Source: Leucoraja erinacea (taxonomy: Eukaryota). Taken from it: 64,000 bases of DNA. The DNA lies in NCBI RefSeq assembly GCF_028641065.1, contig NC_073395.1, positions 34,100,001 to 34,164,000 on the forward strand, in the 5' to 3' direction. This document shows, in pieces, positions 38,291 to 51,811 of this stretch. Position 1 is the stretch's first letter; each line of letters starts with the position of its first letter. A model generated the notes under the pieces. It did no database searches and was not told the origin of the DNA. It saw only the letters and a list, made by a program, of their open reading frames with translations. A program made the position numbers and the translations under genes.

Positions 38291-40567
38291 CATTTTATTT
38301 ATGGACACTCAAGGACACCTTACAGTTAAAACAAGCAAATTACAAATATGTAAATAAAATTGATCAAAAACAACATACATAATTCAGAGAGAGATTACAA
38401 TCGAGCCATTCACAGTGGCCAGATACACGATAAGGGAATAACATTTAGTGCAAGGTAAAGCCAAGTAATGTCCGAGCAAAGATAGAGCAAGGATCACCGA
38501 TGAGGAAGATAGTAGTTCAAGCTTGCTCTCTGGTTGTGGTAGGATGGTTCAGTTGCCTGATATCAGCTGGGAAGAAACTGTCCCGGAGGTGTGCATTTTC
38601 ACACTTCTATACCATTTACTATGTACTTATACTCAACATCTCTCAGTATCTTTGGGGTGTCAATAATGAAGCAAAGCCAAGCAGCATTCCAATTCACTGT
38701 GAGGATATTTTTAGTATTTACGCAGGCAAGTAACAATGTTTTAAAATGCCATTTATAAACTCGCTTGATCTAATGAATGGGCTGCATTGTGCACAATTTG
38801 TTCACCACACCCCTCGCCCCAAAAGACTGAGTGTCAGTCTGTAGATGCACATTAGCGTTTGATTTCCCCACTTCTACACTAATGCACATGTGAGTCCTTG
38901 TTGCCTGCAATTCTTGATCCTGGAATGGGACAGCACAGATTGTAAATATCTCTGATAATCAGAGACAAAGAACAAATAATTACACAGATTTAAATTATTC
39001 AAACTTAGATTAATAAAAAAAACCTCAACACATTAAACTCTAAATAAGTAAAATAACTCCAAGCTCTTACCTTTACCACAGCATCAACAACCCCCATTCT
39101 CACATGCCAGTGAGATGGGACCGGTAGAGTTAGGGAGAAGGAAATGAATGCTGTGTAATTCCAAGACTGACTTTCTTGGTCATCATTACAACCACCTTAA
39201 GGTTACTCATAACAAAAGGTTCCTGGGTATAAAGCTGAGAGGCCAGATGTGAGGTGCATCTGAGGCTCTTTGCTGTGCAGCAGTGTCAATGGCATGTGCA
39301 GTTTCACAGTGCAAGGTCAGCGACACTGACACTTGCCCTCCAGTTCATTCAGGACTTTCACACACCCATAAAAAAGTGGACATCCATCACAATTGATGAT
39401 GACCACAACATAAAGCAAATGCATCACTAAAGTGAGCTCACTGCTCTAAAACTCTCAGGTGCAATAAGTATGTTGAACACTAGTTAAATTACCAGTTTAC
39501 TATCTAGTCATGGCAGCTGGGGAATGTAAAATTAATTAAATAAATATAATTAATTAACTTAATTTAATGTGAGCAGCAGATTACTTAATTGACATTAAAA
39601 TCCATCTGGTTCACTAATTCCCTTCAGGGAAAGAAACCTACCCGATTTCAGACAGCAAGGCCCACTCCATCGTTCAGGTGCAATTTGGGACACAAACAAT
39701 GCCCATATCCTGTGAATGCTTTACAATATGCCAGTCTCTGTCAAGGTGGGGAACCACAACAAAGGTACTGATCTTGCAGACAGCATTGTGTGAGGAGCCA
39801 TGTGGAGATGAAACATAAGACAAATATCCAATTCCTTTAGCGTTTTGAGATTTTCACAAGAAAACGCTTGTGCATAAAGAGTAGATATGAACAAGCAATG
39901 TTTTGCAATCAAATAAACTACCAGCTTCCACAGAGGAGTGTGAAATTGCCACCAGATGTTATGGACTCCTACCTAACCAAAATTCATTGGATAAGGCTAT
40001 AAGGGTGTTCAAAATAATATGCCGGGTATTTAAGACCATGTGTGGGCCAACAACTAGAACTGGACGTCAGGTCTTTGGTTGGAACTGGCGAGAGGAAAGG
40101 CGCTATTAAGTTTGAAACAATATGTGTTTTTAATTTGATAAGTCACATAAAAGGTTAGAGGCACAATAGCTTGTGGGGTTAGTGTTACATTAAAAGGCAT
40201 GGATTAGCGTAGGCAATGAAGAGTAAAAAGTTGGGGTAAATTGGCCATTTTGGGATTGGTAATCAGTAACCAGTGGTGGGCTACTATGATCTGTTAATGA
40301 TTTAAAGTCAACATTAACTAACTGGATAAAACTGGCAAATTTGCTGATGGTACAATGATAATTAGTAAACAATTTACAAGGAGGACATTTGATGTTTGGC
40401 ATGGACAGGATAGCCTGTGATGTTGGACTGTAAAATACCTGCAAGTGAATGTAGATAGGTCAGGTGAGGCCACAAGATGTTGGCAGATGGAATAATATAT
40501 AGGAAAATGTAAGTTATCCGTTTTGAAAGATAGTTCAAAAAAGCTTATTTAAAATGATATTTCCACC

Positions 40568-42443
40568 AGGTGGCGCCGCACAATGGCAGCACGCCAACAG
40601 TCTGTCTGTCTTTTCATCTTTTTTGTTTTTTTTTTTGTGTGTTTTAAAAGTTTATGTTAATGTTCTCTTGTTTATTTTATATGTGGGGTGGGCGGGGGGT
40701 GGGGTCAGGGGAAACTTTTTTTAATCTCTTACCTTGCCGGAGATGCGATTATTTTCCGGATTGTATCTCCGGTGTCTCTGTGGCCCAACTCATGGAGCTG
40801 CTGCTAGGGACTAACTTTGAGCCCCACCACGGGTCCTTGGACTTATCATCGGAGCCAATCCCTTGCCTGCAGATTTCACCATCGAGGAGCTGGCAGTCTC
40901 GGGTAGAGACCGATGTCGGGAAGCTCCAAAGGACGCAGAAGGTTCGACCAGCCCCGACCCAGGGTCAGATCGCCTGGCGCGGGGAGCTGAGATTTCCTCC
41001 CCCCCTCGATGCGGGAGCTTGATCACCCTGACGTGGAGGGCCCGAGCGCCGGCTACGGCAGCCAAGATGGTCCCGTCAACATTAGGCTGGAGGCCCCCGA
41101 CAGGAGAACAAAGGGAAGAGATTGAACTTTTTGTTTCACCTTCCAGCACAGTGAGGAATGTGGTGAAGCCACTGTGGTGGATGTTCATGTTAAAATGTAT
41201 TTTGTGTGTCGTGTTGCTTTTTATTGGTACGACTGTATGGCAAATCAAATTCCTCGTATGTTGCAAAACGTACTTGGCTAATAGACAATAGACAATAGGT
41301 GCAGGAGTAGGCCATTTGGCCCTTCGAGCTAGCACCGCCATTCAATGTGATCATGGCTGATCATCCTCAATCAGTACCCCGTTCCTGCTTTTTCCCCATA
41401 TCCCCTGCCTCCACTATCTTTAAGAGCCCTATCCAGCTCTCTCTTGAAAGCATTCAGAGAACCTGCCTCCACCACCCTTTGAGGCAGAGAATTCCACACA
41501 CTCACAACTCTCTGTGAGAAAAAGTGTTTCCTCGGCTCCGTTCTAAATGGCTTACCCCTTATTCTTAAAATGTGGCCCCTGGTTCTGGACTCCCCCAACA
41601 TCAGGAACATGTTTCCTGCCTCCAGCATGTCCAAACCCTTAACAAACTTATATGTTTCAATAAGATCCCTTCTCATCCTTCTAAACTCCAGAGTGTACAA
41701 GCCCAGCTGCTCCATTCTCTCAGCATATGACAGTCCCGCCATCCCAGGAATTAACCTTGTAAACCTACGCTGCACTCCCTCAATAGTAAGAATGTCCTTC
41801 CTCAAATTAGGGGACCAAAACTGCACACAATACTCCAGGTGTGGTCTCACTAGGGCTCTGTACAACTGCAGAAGGACCTCTTTGCTCCAATACTCGACTT
41901 CACTGCCTGCTGTACCTGCATGCTTACTTTCATAAGCTGATGAACAAGGACCCCCAGATCCCGCTGTACTTCCCCCTTTCCCAACTCGATGCCATTTAGA
42001 TAGCCTTCCTGTTTTTGCTACCAAAGTGGAAAACTTCACATTTCTCCACATTAAACGTCATCTGCCATGCATCTGCCCACTCCCCCAACCTGTCCAAGCC
42101 ACCCTGCATTCTCATAGCATCCTCCTCACAGTTCACACTGCCACCCAGCTTTGTATCATCTGCAAATTTGCTAATGTTACTTTGAATCCCTTCATCCAAA
42201 TCATTGAAATATATTGTATATTGCACCAAGCCTTGCGGTGCCCCACTAGTCACTGCCTGTCATTCTGAAAGGGACCCATTAATCCCCACTCTCTGTTTCC
42301 TGTCTGCCAACCAATTTTCTATCCATATCAGCACTCTTCCCCCAATACCATGTGCCCTAATTTTGCCCACTAATCTCCTATGTGGAACCTTATCAAGTGC
42401 AATTAATATGCAAATAAAAATTTGATTATGATTATTATGATTA
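40568..42443 (+). mobile_element. GC-rich non-autonomous retroposon (copy B), tail interrupted by a CR1
   Basis: Homologous to 8421-8936; body ends ...ttggctaata at about 41283 and the tail aataaaaatttgattatgattattatg resumes at about 42413. Confidence 0.7.
41281..42397 (-). mobile_element. CR1 LINE 3' fragment (second subfamily, (ATTGTCT)n tail)
   Basis: Peptides ALVRPHLEYCVQFWSP and KFADDTKLGG; frameshifted. Confidence 0.88.
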
Positions 42444-43546
42444 ATGAATGGATCAAAATGAGGTTTCTAATATGAAACACAAAGAGTTGGCATACAGGTA
42501 CAGCAAGTAATTCATGGAATATTGGTACTATGTTATACCAAGTATGAAATACAAAGATGCTTCTTATCCCTCTGAGTTATTCCAGCATTTTGTGTCTACC
42601 TTGGATGTAAACCAGCATCTTTAGTTCCTTCCAACACAAGCATTGACATTGATTGGATTGGCCTTGATCTTATTGAATAGTGAAGCAGGCCAGACAACAA
42701 ATTACCTATTCCATGCTTCCCATGTTCTTCATTACTTCATGACCAACCTCTGTGACTATCATGGTTCCAATCTGAACCAAATTACCTTAAATGGTTTCCT
42801 CTCGCCTCCATTCTGTTGCTCATCCGCTCACTCCAAGTTCTATCATTCATTATTTTATTACACAATATCTTATTGAAGGGTTTTGGGGAATTATGATAAC
42901 TATATTATTAAAGAGAGAGAGAGATAATGATTTGATTATACCTATATTTAAAATAAGAAGGTATTGGAAAGACAGATAAACGTTAAACTTGGAGAATGGT
43001 GACATTAATAAAGGGTAGAATTTCGTTATTTGAATATTAGATGTAATATTAAAGGACAGTAAAAAAATTTAATTTGTAGTTTTGAAGGGCATACTTACAG
43101 AATGTGATCCAAAAGGTATTGCTGAAATTCTCAAGTCTCGCTTAATAAAAATGTAAATGTGGGAAGTATTAATCTTCTGATGAAGGCTGCTCGTTTCTGT
43201 GGAGAAGTATAAAACTGAGATCTTGTAACCTAGAGGCACAGCTGTAACATGTTGATGGGCTGTCGGTAGACGGGATAGGGCTTGCAGAAGGAACTGATAG
43301 ATGGCAATTATTAATAGCTATAAGCTGTAATCATTTAAAATGTGATAGATTGTGTGTAAACTAGCGAGTCTGCAGTTGTGAATATTGTTGAGGAATCAGC
43401 ATTAATGATTAACTTTGGAAAGCTGTGCAGTACACACTGTACACATATTACTGTGAATCACTGTGCTACAGTCCTGTAAATCAAATGCACAACTAGATGC
43501 AAACCATAGCCAATGTTAAAAGCACCGTCAGAGTATGATAGCTTAC

Positions 43547-43616
43547 CTGTGGGCAACGCTTCCCTTTTTAATGTCAGAAATGATGAGCGGGTCCCCTGCT
43601 CTTCTGCTTGCAGGTG
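43547..43616 (-). CDS. GRIP1: GRIP1 exon (PDZ5 middle)
   Basis: ccgcag|CACCTG...CCACAG|gtaagc; PASRRAGDPLIISDIKKGSVAHR; 70 nt, phase 1-2. Confidence 0.92.
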
Positions 43617-43995
43617 CTGCGGTAAAAAAAGATTAATTTTTGATGTCACATTACATGATGGATAAAAATATTTCACTTTTTTTCCCTCTAACTGTAGCTG
43701 TTAAATTAGAAATAATACTGCTGCGAGATTGGTAGCTGCAATACAAAGTTATCGTGTATTTTCAGCCAACAAGAATGAGAAAGAATAGAGCAGCGTAAAA
43801 TAGAATGTCAACATATATATGAGTATTTTGCAAAGGCTATTTGTCAATGTTTTGCAGGGAAAGCTGATAAAATGGGTTGATACAGAAAATAAACTCAACT
43901 GGCATTTTCAAAATTAAATATAAACACAGAGCCATTTGTTATCACTTCAGTTAATGGAAATCCCTTCACAAAGGCAGTGGGTTGCTACAGAGTGT

Positions 43996-45163
43996 TTAAG
44001 AAGGAACTGCAGATGCTGGAAAATTGAAGGTACACAAAAATGCTGGAGAAACTCGGGTGAGGCAACATCTATGGAGCGAAGGAAATAGGCAACGTTTCGG
44101 GCCGAAACCTTTTTTCAGACTGATGGGGGGTGGGGGGGCCGGGAGAAGAAAGGAAAAAGGAGGAGGAGGAGCCCGAGGGCTGAGGAAGAGATCGGAAGGG
44201 GAGTTTCCACTATAAACCCACTGACTCCCACGGCTTTCTTCTTCCCACCCTGCTTCCTGTAAGGACTCCATCCGCCTACTCCCAATTCCTCTGTCTACGC
44301 CGCATCTGCTCCCAGGATGAGGCGTTCCACACCAGGGCATCTGATATGTCCTCAATCTTCAGGGAACGGCGGTTCCCCTCCCCCCCTCACCATAGATGAG
44401 GCTCGCACCAGGGTCTCTTCCATACCCCGTAACACTGCTCTCTCTCCCCATCTCCCCACTCGCAACAAGGGCAGAGTCCCCCTAGTCCTCACCTTTCACC
44501 CCACTAGCCGTCACATACAACAAGTAATCCTCCGTCAGTTTCGCCACCTCCAACGTGACCCCACCACTCGCCACATCTTCCCATCTCCCCCTCCCCCCCG
44601 TCTGCTTTCAGCAAAGACCGCTCCCTCCGTAACTCCCTTGTCAATTCTTCCCTTCCCTCCTGTACCACCCCCTCCCCAGGTACTTTCCGTTGCAACCGCA
44701 AGAGATGCTACACTTGTCGCTTTACCTCCCCCCTTGACTCAATTCAAGGACCCAAGCAGTCGTTCCAGGTGCGACAGAGGTTCACCTACACCTCCTCCAA
44801 CCTCATCTACTGCATCCGCTGCTCTAGATGTCAGCTGATCTACATCGGTGAGACCAAGCGGAGGCTTGGCGATCGATTCTCCGAACACCTCCGCTCGGTC
44901 TCCATTAACCAACCTGACTTCCCGGTGGCTCAGCACTTCAACTCCCCCTCCCATTCCGTATCCGACCTCTCTGTCCTGGGTCTCCTCGAGCACCACTGGA
45001 AATTGGAGGAACAGCACCTCATATTCCGCTTGGGCAGTCTGCATCCTGGGGGCATGAACATTGAATTCTCCCAATTTTGTTAACCCTTGCTGTCTCCTCC
45101 CCTTCCTATCTCTCCATCAGCCCTCGGGCTCCTCCTCCTCCTTTTTCCTTTCTTCTCCCCCCA
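43996..45163 (+). mobile_element. Penelope-like element: inverted pseudo-LTR plus RT thumb and GIY-YIG endonuclease fragment
   Basis: NLIYCIRCSRCQLIYIGETKRRLGDRFSEHL...VAQHFN...GMNIEF (44769-45083); 44145-44184 is approximately the reverse complement of 45117-45157. Confidence 0.9.
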
Positions 45164-45448
45164 TTGAGGTTATAAATTCTTCCTCTAGGATGCTCATCTT
45201 TGAAGCATCAATGAACCAAAACAACATGCTAAAAGCTTTGCAATTTTTAAGAGTACATACATCAATCTTGTTCTCAGAACTGTTGAATTATTGCTGACGT
45301 TATTTCATAACAACATTTGATTTCACTCTGCAATCTCAGGTTCTGGCTAGCTGTTATAAACTCATACGGTTCACTATGTGATCTCACAGCATTTAATAGG
45401 ATGTAAAGTACAACATTTTGGTATTCACCAGTGTTCTACACCCACACT

Positions 45449-46309
45449 AGGGGGCGCTGCACTGGCAGCAGCCTCTACCTACAGCCTGTCTGTTATTTCT
45501 ATCTTTTTTTTAATTTTTAGTTAGTCTAAAGTTTTGTGTTGGGGGAAACTTTAACTTTTCTATGTGGGGGAGGGGGGCAGGGTAAGGGGGAAACCGTTTC
45601 CCAGTCTCTTCCTGGCGGGGACGCGACTATTTCTCCGAGTCGCGTCCTCGCCCCCCACCTCGCGGCCTACCAGCTGGATCGGAGCGGCCTTTCCTGCCGG
45701 GGACCGGGAACCGGACCAGGGCTGCTACAGCGGCGGCGCAGCGCTGGAGTCACCGCGGAGCGGGCGATGCCTACCTGGGTCGCCGTTTGGAGCTCCGGAG
45801 CGTTGGGCCGTTGCTCCAACATCGTGGAGCTCTGGTGCGGAGAGCTTCCAACGCGGGCGGCGCTGAACAACATCGTGGAGTCCTGGGGCGCCTTGCAGAG
45901 GGCCTCCAGCAGCAGTCTCCACCCGGCGCGGCCTGCGGACTTTGGAAGCCGCCGACTCCGGTAGGAGGGGGCCGACTCTGGTGTCCACGCCGCTGAGGAC
46001 GTCCCGCAGCCCCGACGTCGGACTTACAACACCCCGGCGAGCGGTCCTGAACATCGGGCCGCCCGTAGCGGCAACTGCGGAGGGCACGGGGAGGCCCTGA
46101 CCACGGGGAACAATGGAGGAAGAGACTGACTTTGGTGCCTTCCCACACAGTGGGAAACTTTGATTCTGCTGTGTGGGGATGTTTTATGTCAAACCCTATA
46201 GTGTGTTGTGTCCCTTTTTTTTATTGTATGGCTGTATGGGAATTTCATTTCACTGTGCCATCTGGCACATGTGATGAATAAATCTATCTTGTATCTATCT
46301 TGTATCTTG
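45449..46309 (+). mobile_element. GC-rich non-autonomous retroposon (copy C, divergent subfamily)
   Basis: Same block order as copies A and B; tail tttcactgtgcc..ggcacatgtgatgaataaa followed by (TATCTTG)n. Confidence 0.7.
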
Positions 46310-46419
46310 TAAATATAACATTTCTTTATCATTTCCTAAGAATCAACCGTCTGTTTATTATATATTTTAATAATTCCTCTCAAGAGGCAATTCCTAAGCC
46401 ATGTTTCATAATCTGTTCC

Positions 46420-48018
46420 ATACGATGGACACGATGTCAGACGGGTGCTCCTGGCAGTGAACCCCAAGAAGGCTACCGGCCCAGATGGAGTCCCTGGTAA
46501 GGTGCTCAAAGCGTGCGCCCACCAGCTCACTGCCATCTTCACCAGAATTTTCAATCTCTCCCTGGCCCAGGCAGTTATTCCGTCCTGCCTAAAATCAGCC
46601 ACAATCGTCCCTGTGCCGAAGAAGTCTCCCATCACCAGCCTTAATGACTACCGTCCTGTTGCCCTCACTCCGGTAATCACGAAGTGCTTCGAGAGATTGG
46701 TCCTCCAGCACATCAAGGACTATCTACCACCAGACTTCGACCCCCACCAATTCGCTTATCGCCAAAACAGATCTACAGAAGACGCCATCACCGTAGCTCT
46801 CCACTCTGTGCTGAGCCATCTGGAGCAGGGGCAGAGCTACGTCCGGATGCTCTTTGTGGATTTTAGTTCAGCCTTTAACACAATCATCCCGGACATCCTC
46901 ATTGGTAAACTGGTCACTCTCGGCCTCCCCACTGTCACATGTGCCTGGATTAAGGATTTCCTCACAACCCGGCCCCAGACTGTGAGACTTGGCCCCCACC
47001 TCTCCTCCACTCGCAGGTTGAGTACCGGTTCCCCACAGGGCTGTGTGCTAAGCCCCCTCTTATACTGTCTCTACACCTACGACTGTAGTCCGGCCCACAA
47101 CAACAACCGCATCGTCAAATTTGCTGACGACACTACTGTGGTCGGACTTATTTCAAAGGGAGACGAGGCAGCCTACAGAGAGGAAGTCCTGAAGTTGACA
47201 ACCTGGTGCTCAGAAAACAATCTGGCTCTGAACACCAGGAAAACAAAAGAGCTCATTGTCGACTTCAGGAGGCACAGCACCGACTTAGTCCCCCTACACA
47301 TTAACGGCGAGTGTGTGGAGAGGGTCAACACCTTCCGGTTTCTCGGCGTCCATATCGCGGCTGACATCTCCTGGACGGACAACACGACAGCGGTCATCAA
47401 GAAGGCTCAGCAGCGGCTGCACTTCCTGAGGGTCCTCAGGAAGCACAACCTGGACTCTAACCTGCTGCTGACCTTCTACCGCTCGTCCATCGAGAGCCTG
47501 CTGACATACTGCATTACAGCATGGTATGGCAGCTGCACCATGGCAGACAGGGAGAGGCTTCAGAGGGTAACCAGGACAGCGCAGAGGATCATTGGTTGCC
47601 CTCTCCCCTCCCTGATGGACATCTACACCTCCCGCTGCCTTAGCAGGGCAAAGAAGATCACCAAAGACAGCTCCCATCCTGCGTTTGGACTGTTCGACCT
47701 GCTGCCCTCTGGAAGGCGCTATAGGTGCATCAAATCCAGGACAAACAGACTCAGGAATAGCTGCTTCCCGAGAATTATATCTACCATAAATTCAAATCCA
47801 CACATGCACTGACTACACCGCCCAACAGGACTTCCATCTGTATATATGTATGTAGCGCCGTAGAATTTGTGCACCTATTCCCCCCCCCCCATCTCCCTTC
47901 TGTTTTGTTTTTCTGTTTCTTGTTTTTTGTGTAAAATTGTATGTATGCACTGAGTACGAGCAGCTTTCAGTTTCACTGTACATGTATAGTGACAATAAAT
48001 GGCATATCTATATCTATA
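46420..48018 (+). mobile_element. Young 5'-truncated Rex1/Babar LINE with an uninterrupted RT ORF (46445-47812)
   Basis: 455 aa with [38 protein letters not shown]; tail tttcactgtacatgtatagtgacaataaa plus (TATATC)n. Confidence 0.9.
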
Positions 48019-48046
48019 TTAGATCTTGTCTGAGTTTCATCATTAA

Positions 48047-49125
48047 CTAGACCAAGTGCGAACCCATTGGGGCCCGTCCCTCAACAAAATATTCCACCAC
48101 TCATCGATTCATAGCCCCCAACTGCGCAAGCGCGGCTGACGGGTTCCCGTTGTTACGCCAGAGATTCCCGTTGTGATGCGAGTCACGACAACCCTCCCCA
48201 ACTCTGCCTTGCCATCCCTCTTCCTACCCCTATCCTTCTCCATTCCCCCTCATCCCCAGCACTCCCTCTCCCTCCTCTTCACCCTCCCACTTCTTTTCCC
48301 TCTCCTCCTCCCCTCCCCACCCACCTTCACCTCTCCCTCCCTCTCCTTTCCTCTACCCTCAGTCACTCCCTCCCTCTATAACCCCTCTCCCCTACCTACC
48401 CCCCATCTCCCTGCTCTGACACCTCACCTCCCCATCCCACTCTCCCTCTTCACCTCACCCACTGCCCTCCTCCCCTTCTATCCCCCACTCCCTACCTCCT
48501 CCACTCCCTCCTTCCTTCCCCACTATCCCTCCTCACCTCCCCCACTCCTTTCCCTCTATCCCACTGCTCCCCCACTCCTCACTTCCCCCCTTTCCCATCT
48601 CCCCACAATGAAAATCGCAATAATTTAAAAAAAACTCATTCCCCTATCCCACTCCCCCACAACGAAAATCACAATGTTTTTTTTAAAGAAGGAAACCCCC
48701 CCCTTCTCCCCCCCCCCCCCCCCCCCCCCACACAATGAAAGTTGCAATTTTTCTTTAAAATAAACTAAACACAATGTTAGCTGTTAATTAAAACAGAATA
48801 ATTTGATTAAAACTAATTTTTTTTTTTAATTGCGATTGTTTATGTAAATGCGATTCAGGATCCAATTGTGACATTGGGCTGCTGATGGGCAGGGCAAGTG
48901 GACAAGAGATTTGAAAAGTGATTTTTGTAAAGTTTAAAATGTCAATAACTTGTAAAATATAACATCAATCCGAACTAAACTTGTTTCTTTTACATCTCAG
49001 GACAATGGTGAGTAAGGTGGGCCAAACATTGTAGCGCTATCGTGTACTGTTTTGGCGGGGTTTTGGAATATCGTGCACATGCACACTTACATACAAAGAA
49101 GATGAGAGTTTTAGTAATATATAGA
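48047..49125 (-). mobile_element. Non-autonomous Helitron
   Basis: On the minus strand: A|TCTATATATTACTAAAACTC...GGGCCCCAATGGGTTCGCACTTGGTCTAG|T; long internal pyrimidine/purine tract. Confidence 0.82.
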
Positions 49126-50028
49126 TGATCTGTAATACCAAAGGAGCTACATCAACACTGGAAAATGAATGAAAAATGCAGTATTCATGGAAATTATCTA
49201 TTATTTTAGAAACATGTTAATCAGTGTGTAATCTTTATATTTGATGAGGTGATAAATTTATATTGCAAAAATAAATCAATCAGTAATGTTAAAAGTTTCT
49301 CATATTTTCATACCGCATAACGAGGAGCTGTGGAAATTGAGCTCCTTTATTGTAGTTGTGTTTGGCTGCAAAATTATATAATTTAAATCAGGGCTATGAA
49401 ACTGATGCTGAATATTTTACAAAATCTCAAAGGAATGCTAGCTTGGTAGTTTAGCTACAAATCTGCCAGTGAACAAGTGGAAGCTGGGTTGGAGAGACGG
49501 CTGCACCAGTGATAACTCCATAAATATAGCAAGTCTTATCCTCGGGTTTATTGGACCCCTGTGTTGCAGGTTGAGTACCTACATGCAACAGAAACAAATT
49601 ATAATCTGTAACTCAATGCTCCAGGGACAGCAGGGAAGAAATCCAGTTGCAATTCAAAATAAATTTGTTAGTTCCTCATATTGAATTTGGATTTGGAAAC
49701 TGCTTGTACTTGAAGTACCATGAAGTGGTTAAACTTGTTTTGGAAATTGTTTCCCAAGAACAAGAGGGTTGGCCTCAGAGGTTTCAACATTGAACCTCTG
49801 CTTGCTGGCTTTCTCTCCAAATATTAATTCTTCATAACACCCTCCGCTATTATACTTGCCCATCACCCATCCATTGTGAACGACACAGACCCCTACACTG
49901 AACAAAACTTCACATTTAAAATTCTTCTTCTTCCTGGTCTCAATCCACCCCTTGTCAATAACATTGTTAACTGCTGTTAATTCTCTCCCTTAATACCCCA
50001 TTATGGGAATATGTGAAATAGAAACATA

Positions 50029-50580
50029 TCTATATTACTAAAAGTCAGTTCTTGACCGGTTTTGGCGATCTGTGCTGCGATTTCCAAGAGAGCTCCGCCA
50101 CCTACGGCCGTCATTTTTGGCCACCTCGCTCAGAGCCCCCCCTCCGCCGCATGTGTGCCAAGGATTTGTCCCGTCGATGAAAAATGACAGAGATATTAAT
50201 GTTTTTTACAAAATTCCCCATTCCCTCTGCTGCCCCTGCTGGAGGGAGGGGGAGGGACTATAAAACCAGGAAGTGGTGTGCCTCAATCAGTCTCTGCAAG
50301 TGGTGTGCCTCAATCAGTCTCTGCAAGTGGTGTGTCTCAATCAGAGCTCTGAATAACACTGAACAAATGTCTCCACAGCTGTGAGTACCCATAATGTGGT
50401 TTGAAAATGAAAATATGGTGAGTTTGAGGGAAAAAAGCACTGCCTGCAAATGGTTGTTTGGGTTGAAGTAAAAAGGCACCCTCCCCTCTCCCTCCCCCCC
50501 CTCCTCTCCCCTCCTCCCTCCCCTCTCCTCTCCCCCCCCCCCCCCCCCCCTCCCCCCCCCTCCCCCCCCCCCCCCCATCT
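50029..50580 (+). mobile_element. Helitron 5' part (no 3' end seen)
   Basis: A|TCTATATTACTAAAAG head like that at 49125; three copies of a 27-bp unit at 50270-50345; ends in poly-C. Confidence 0.6.
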
Positions 50581-51023
50581 TCAAATGCTGAGGAAATGTT
50601 GGGCTGGTAGATATATGCAAGGCATAAGCATGGACCCAAATTTGCATGTATTCAGAGGGAAATAGAAGTATTGGAACAAATGTTTGCACATGCCAATTCA
50701 TAACGTCATGCTATTTTTGATTGATTATTGTGGGGAGGAGAGGCAGGTGACTATTTATGCCCCCAATCACCCCCCCCCCCCCCCCCCCCCCATTAATTTA
50801 CATTCTCCCAAATATAGAGAGATATAGTGATCCAAGCTCCTGTCTGGCTGTAATGGCTTAGTCTTCCATTGTCTTGGTGCAATTGTTTGTAAATCTTGTC
50901 AATCTTATCACTTCTCAACTGTTGACAATGAGAAACCACCTCACATCCCTTTAATTTCATCACAACTTCCCGCCATGCTACTTTCATTTTCAAAGTCATA
51001 TCAAACTATAATGTGTAATGTGC

Positions 51024-51811
51024 ATAAATGTGAGGTTGTGCACTTTGGTAGCAAAAACAGGAAGGCACATTACTCTCTAAATGGTGTCAAGTTGGGAAAA
51101 GGGGAAGTATAATGGGAACTGGGGGTCCTTGTTAATAAGTCAATGAAAGTAAGCATGCAGGTACAGCAGGCAGTGAAGAAAGTGAAGGGCATGTTGGCCT
51201 TTATAACAAGAGGAGGAGTATAGGAGCAAATAGGTCCTTCTGCAGTTGTATAGGGCCCTAGTGACACCACACCTGGAGTATTGTGTGCAATTTTGGTCCC
51301 CTAATTTGAGGAAGGACATTCTTGCTATTGAGGGAGTGCAGCATAGGTTTACAAGGTTAAGTCCCGGGATGGTGGGACTGTCACATGCTGAGAGAATGGA
51401 GCAGCTGGGCTTGTATACTCTGGAGTTTAGAAGGATGAGAGGGGATCTTATTGAAACATATAAGTTTATTAAGGGTTTGGACAGGCTAGAGGCAGGAATC
51501 ATGTTCCCGATGTTGGGGGAGTCTAGGACCAGGGGCCAGAATAAGGCGTAAGCCATTTAGAATGCAGACAAGGAAACACTTTTTCTCACAAAGAGTTGTG
51601 AGTCTGTGGAATTCTCTGCCTCAGAGGGTGGTGGAAGCCGGTTCTCTGGATACTTTCAAGAGAGAGCTAGATAGAGCTCTTAAAGATAGCGGAGTCAAGG
51701 GATATGGGGAGAAGGCAGGAATGGGGTACTGATTGGGGATTATCAGCCATGATCACATTGAATGGCGGTGCTGGCTCGAATGGCCCACTCCTGCACCTAT
51801 TGTCTATTGTC
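51024..51811 (+). mobile_element. CR1 LINE 3' fragment
   Basis: YRALVTPHLEYCVQFWSPNLRKD; tail attgtctattgtc; same subfamily as 41281-42397. Confidence 0.88.

Noticed and set aside
45536-46148. Overlapping 100-140 aa ORFs, and similar ones at 8497-8929, 30226-30769 and 40654-41341
   Set aside because: By-products of GC-rich non-coding repeats; no recognisable domains and frames are not consistently preserved between copies
48173-48730. Pro/Leu/Ser-rich ORF and poly-C tracts, also at 50480-50580 and 52764-53417
   Set aside because: Low-complexity sequence inside transposons; homopolymer lengths may be sequencing artefacts
50270-50345. 27-bp repeats here, and the 21-bp and 30-bp repeats at 26870 and 24266, as CRISPR-like arrays
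   Set aside because: Head-to-tail repeats with no spacers, inside transposons, in a eukaryotic context
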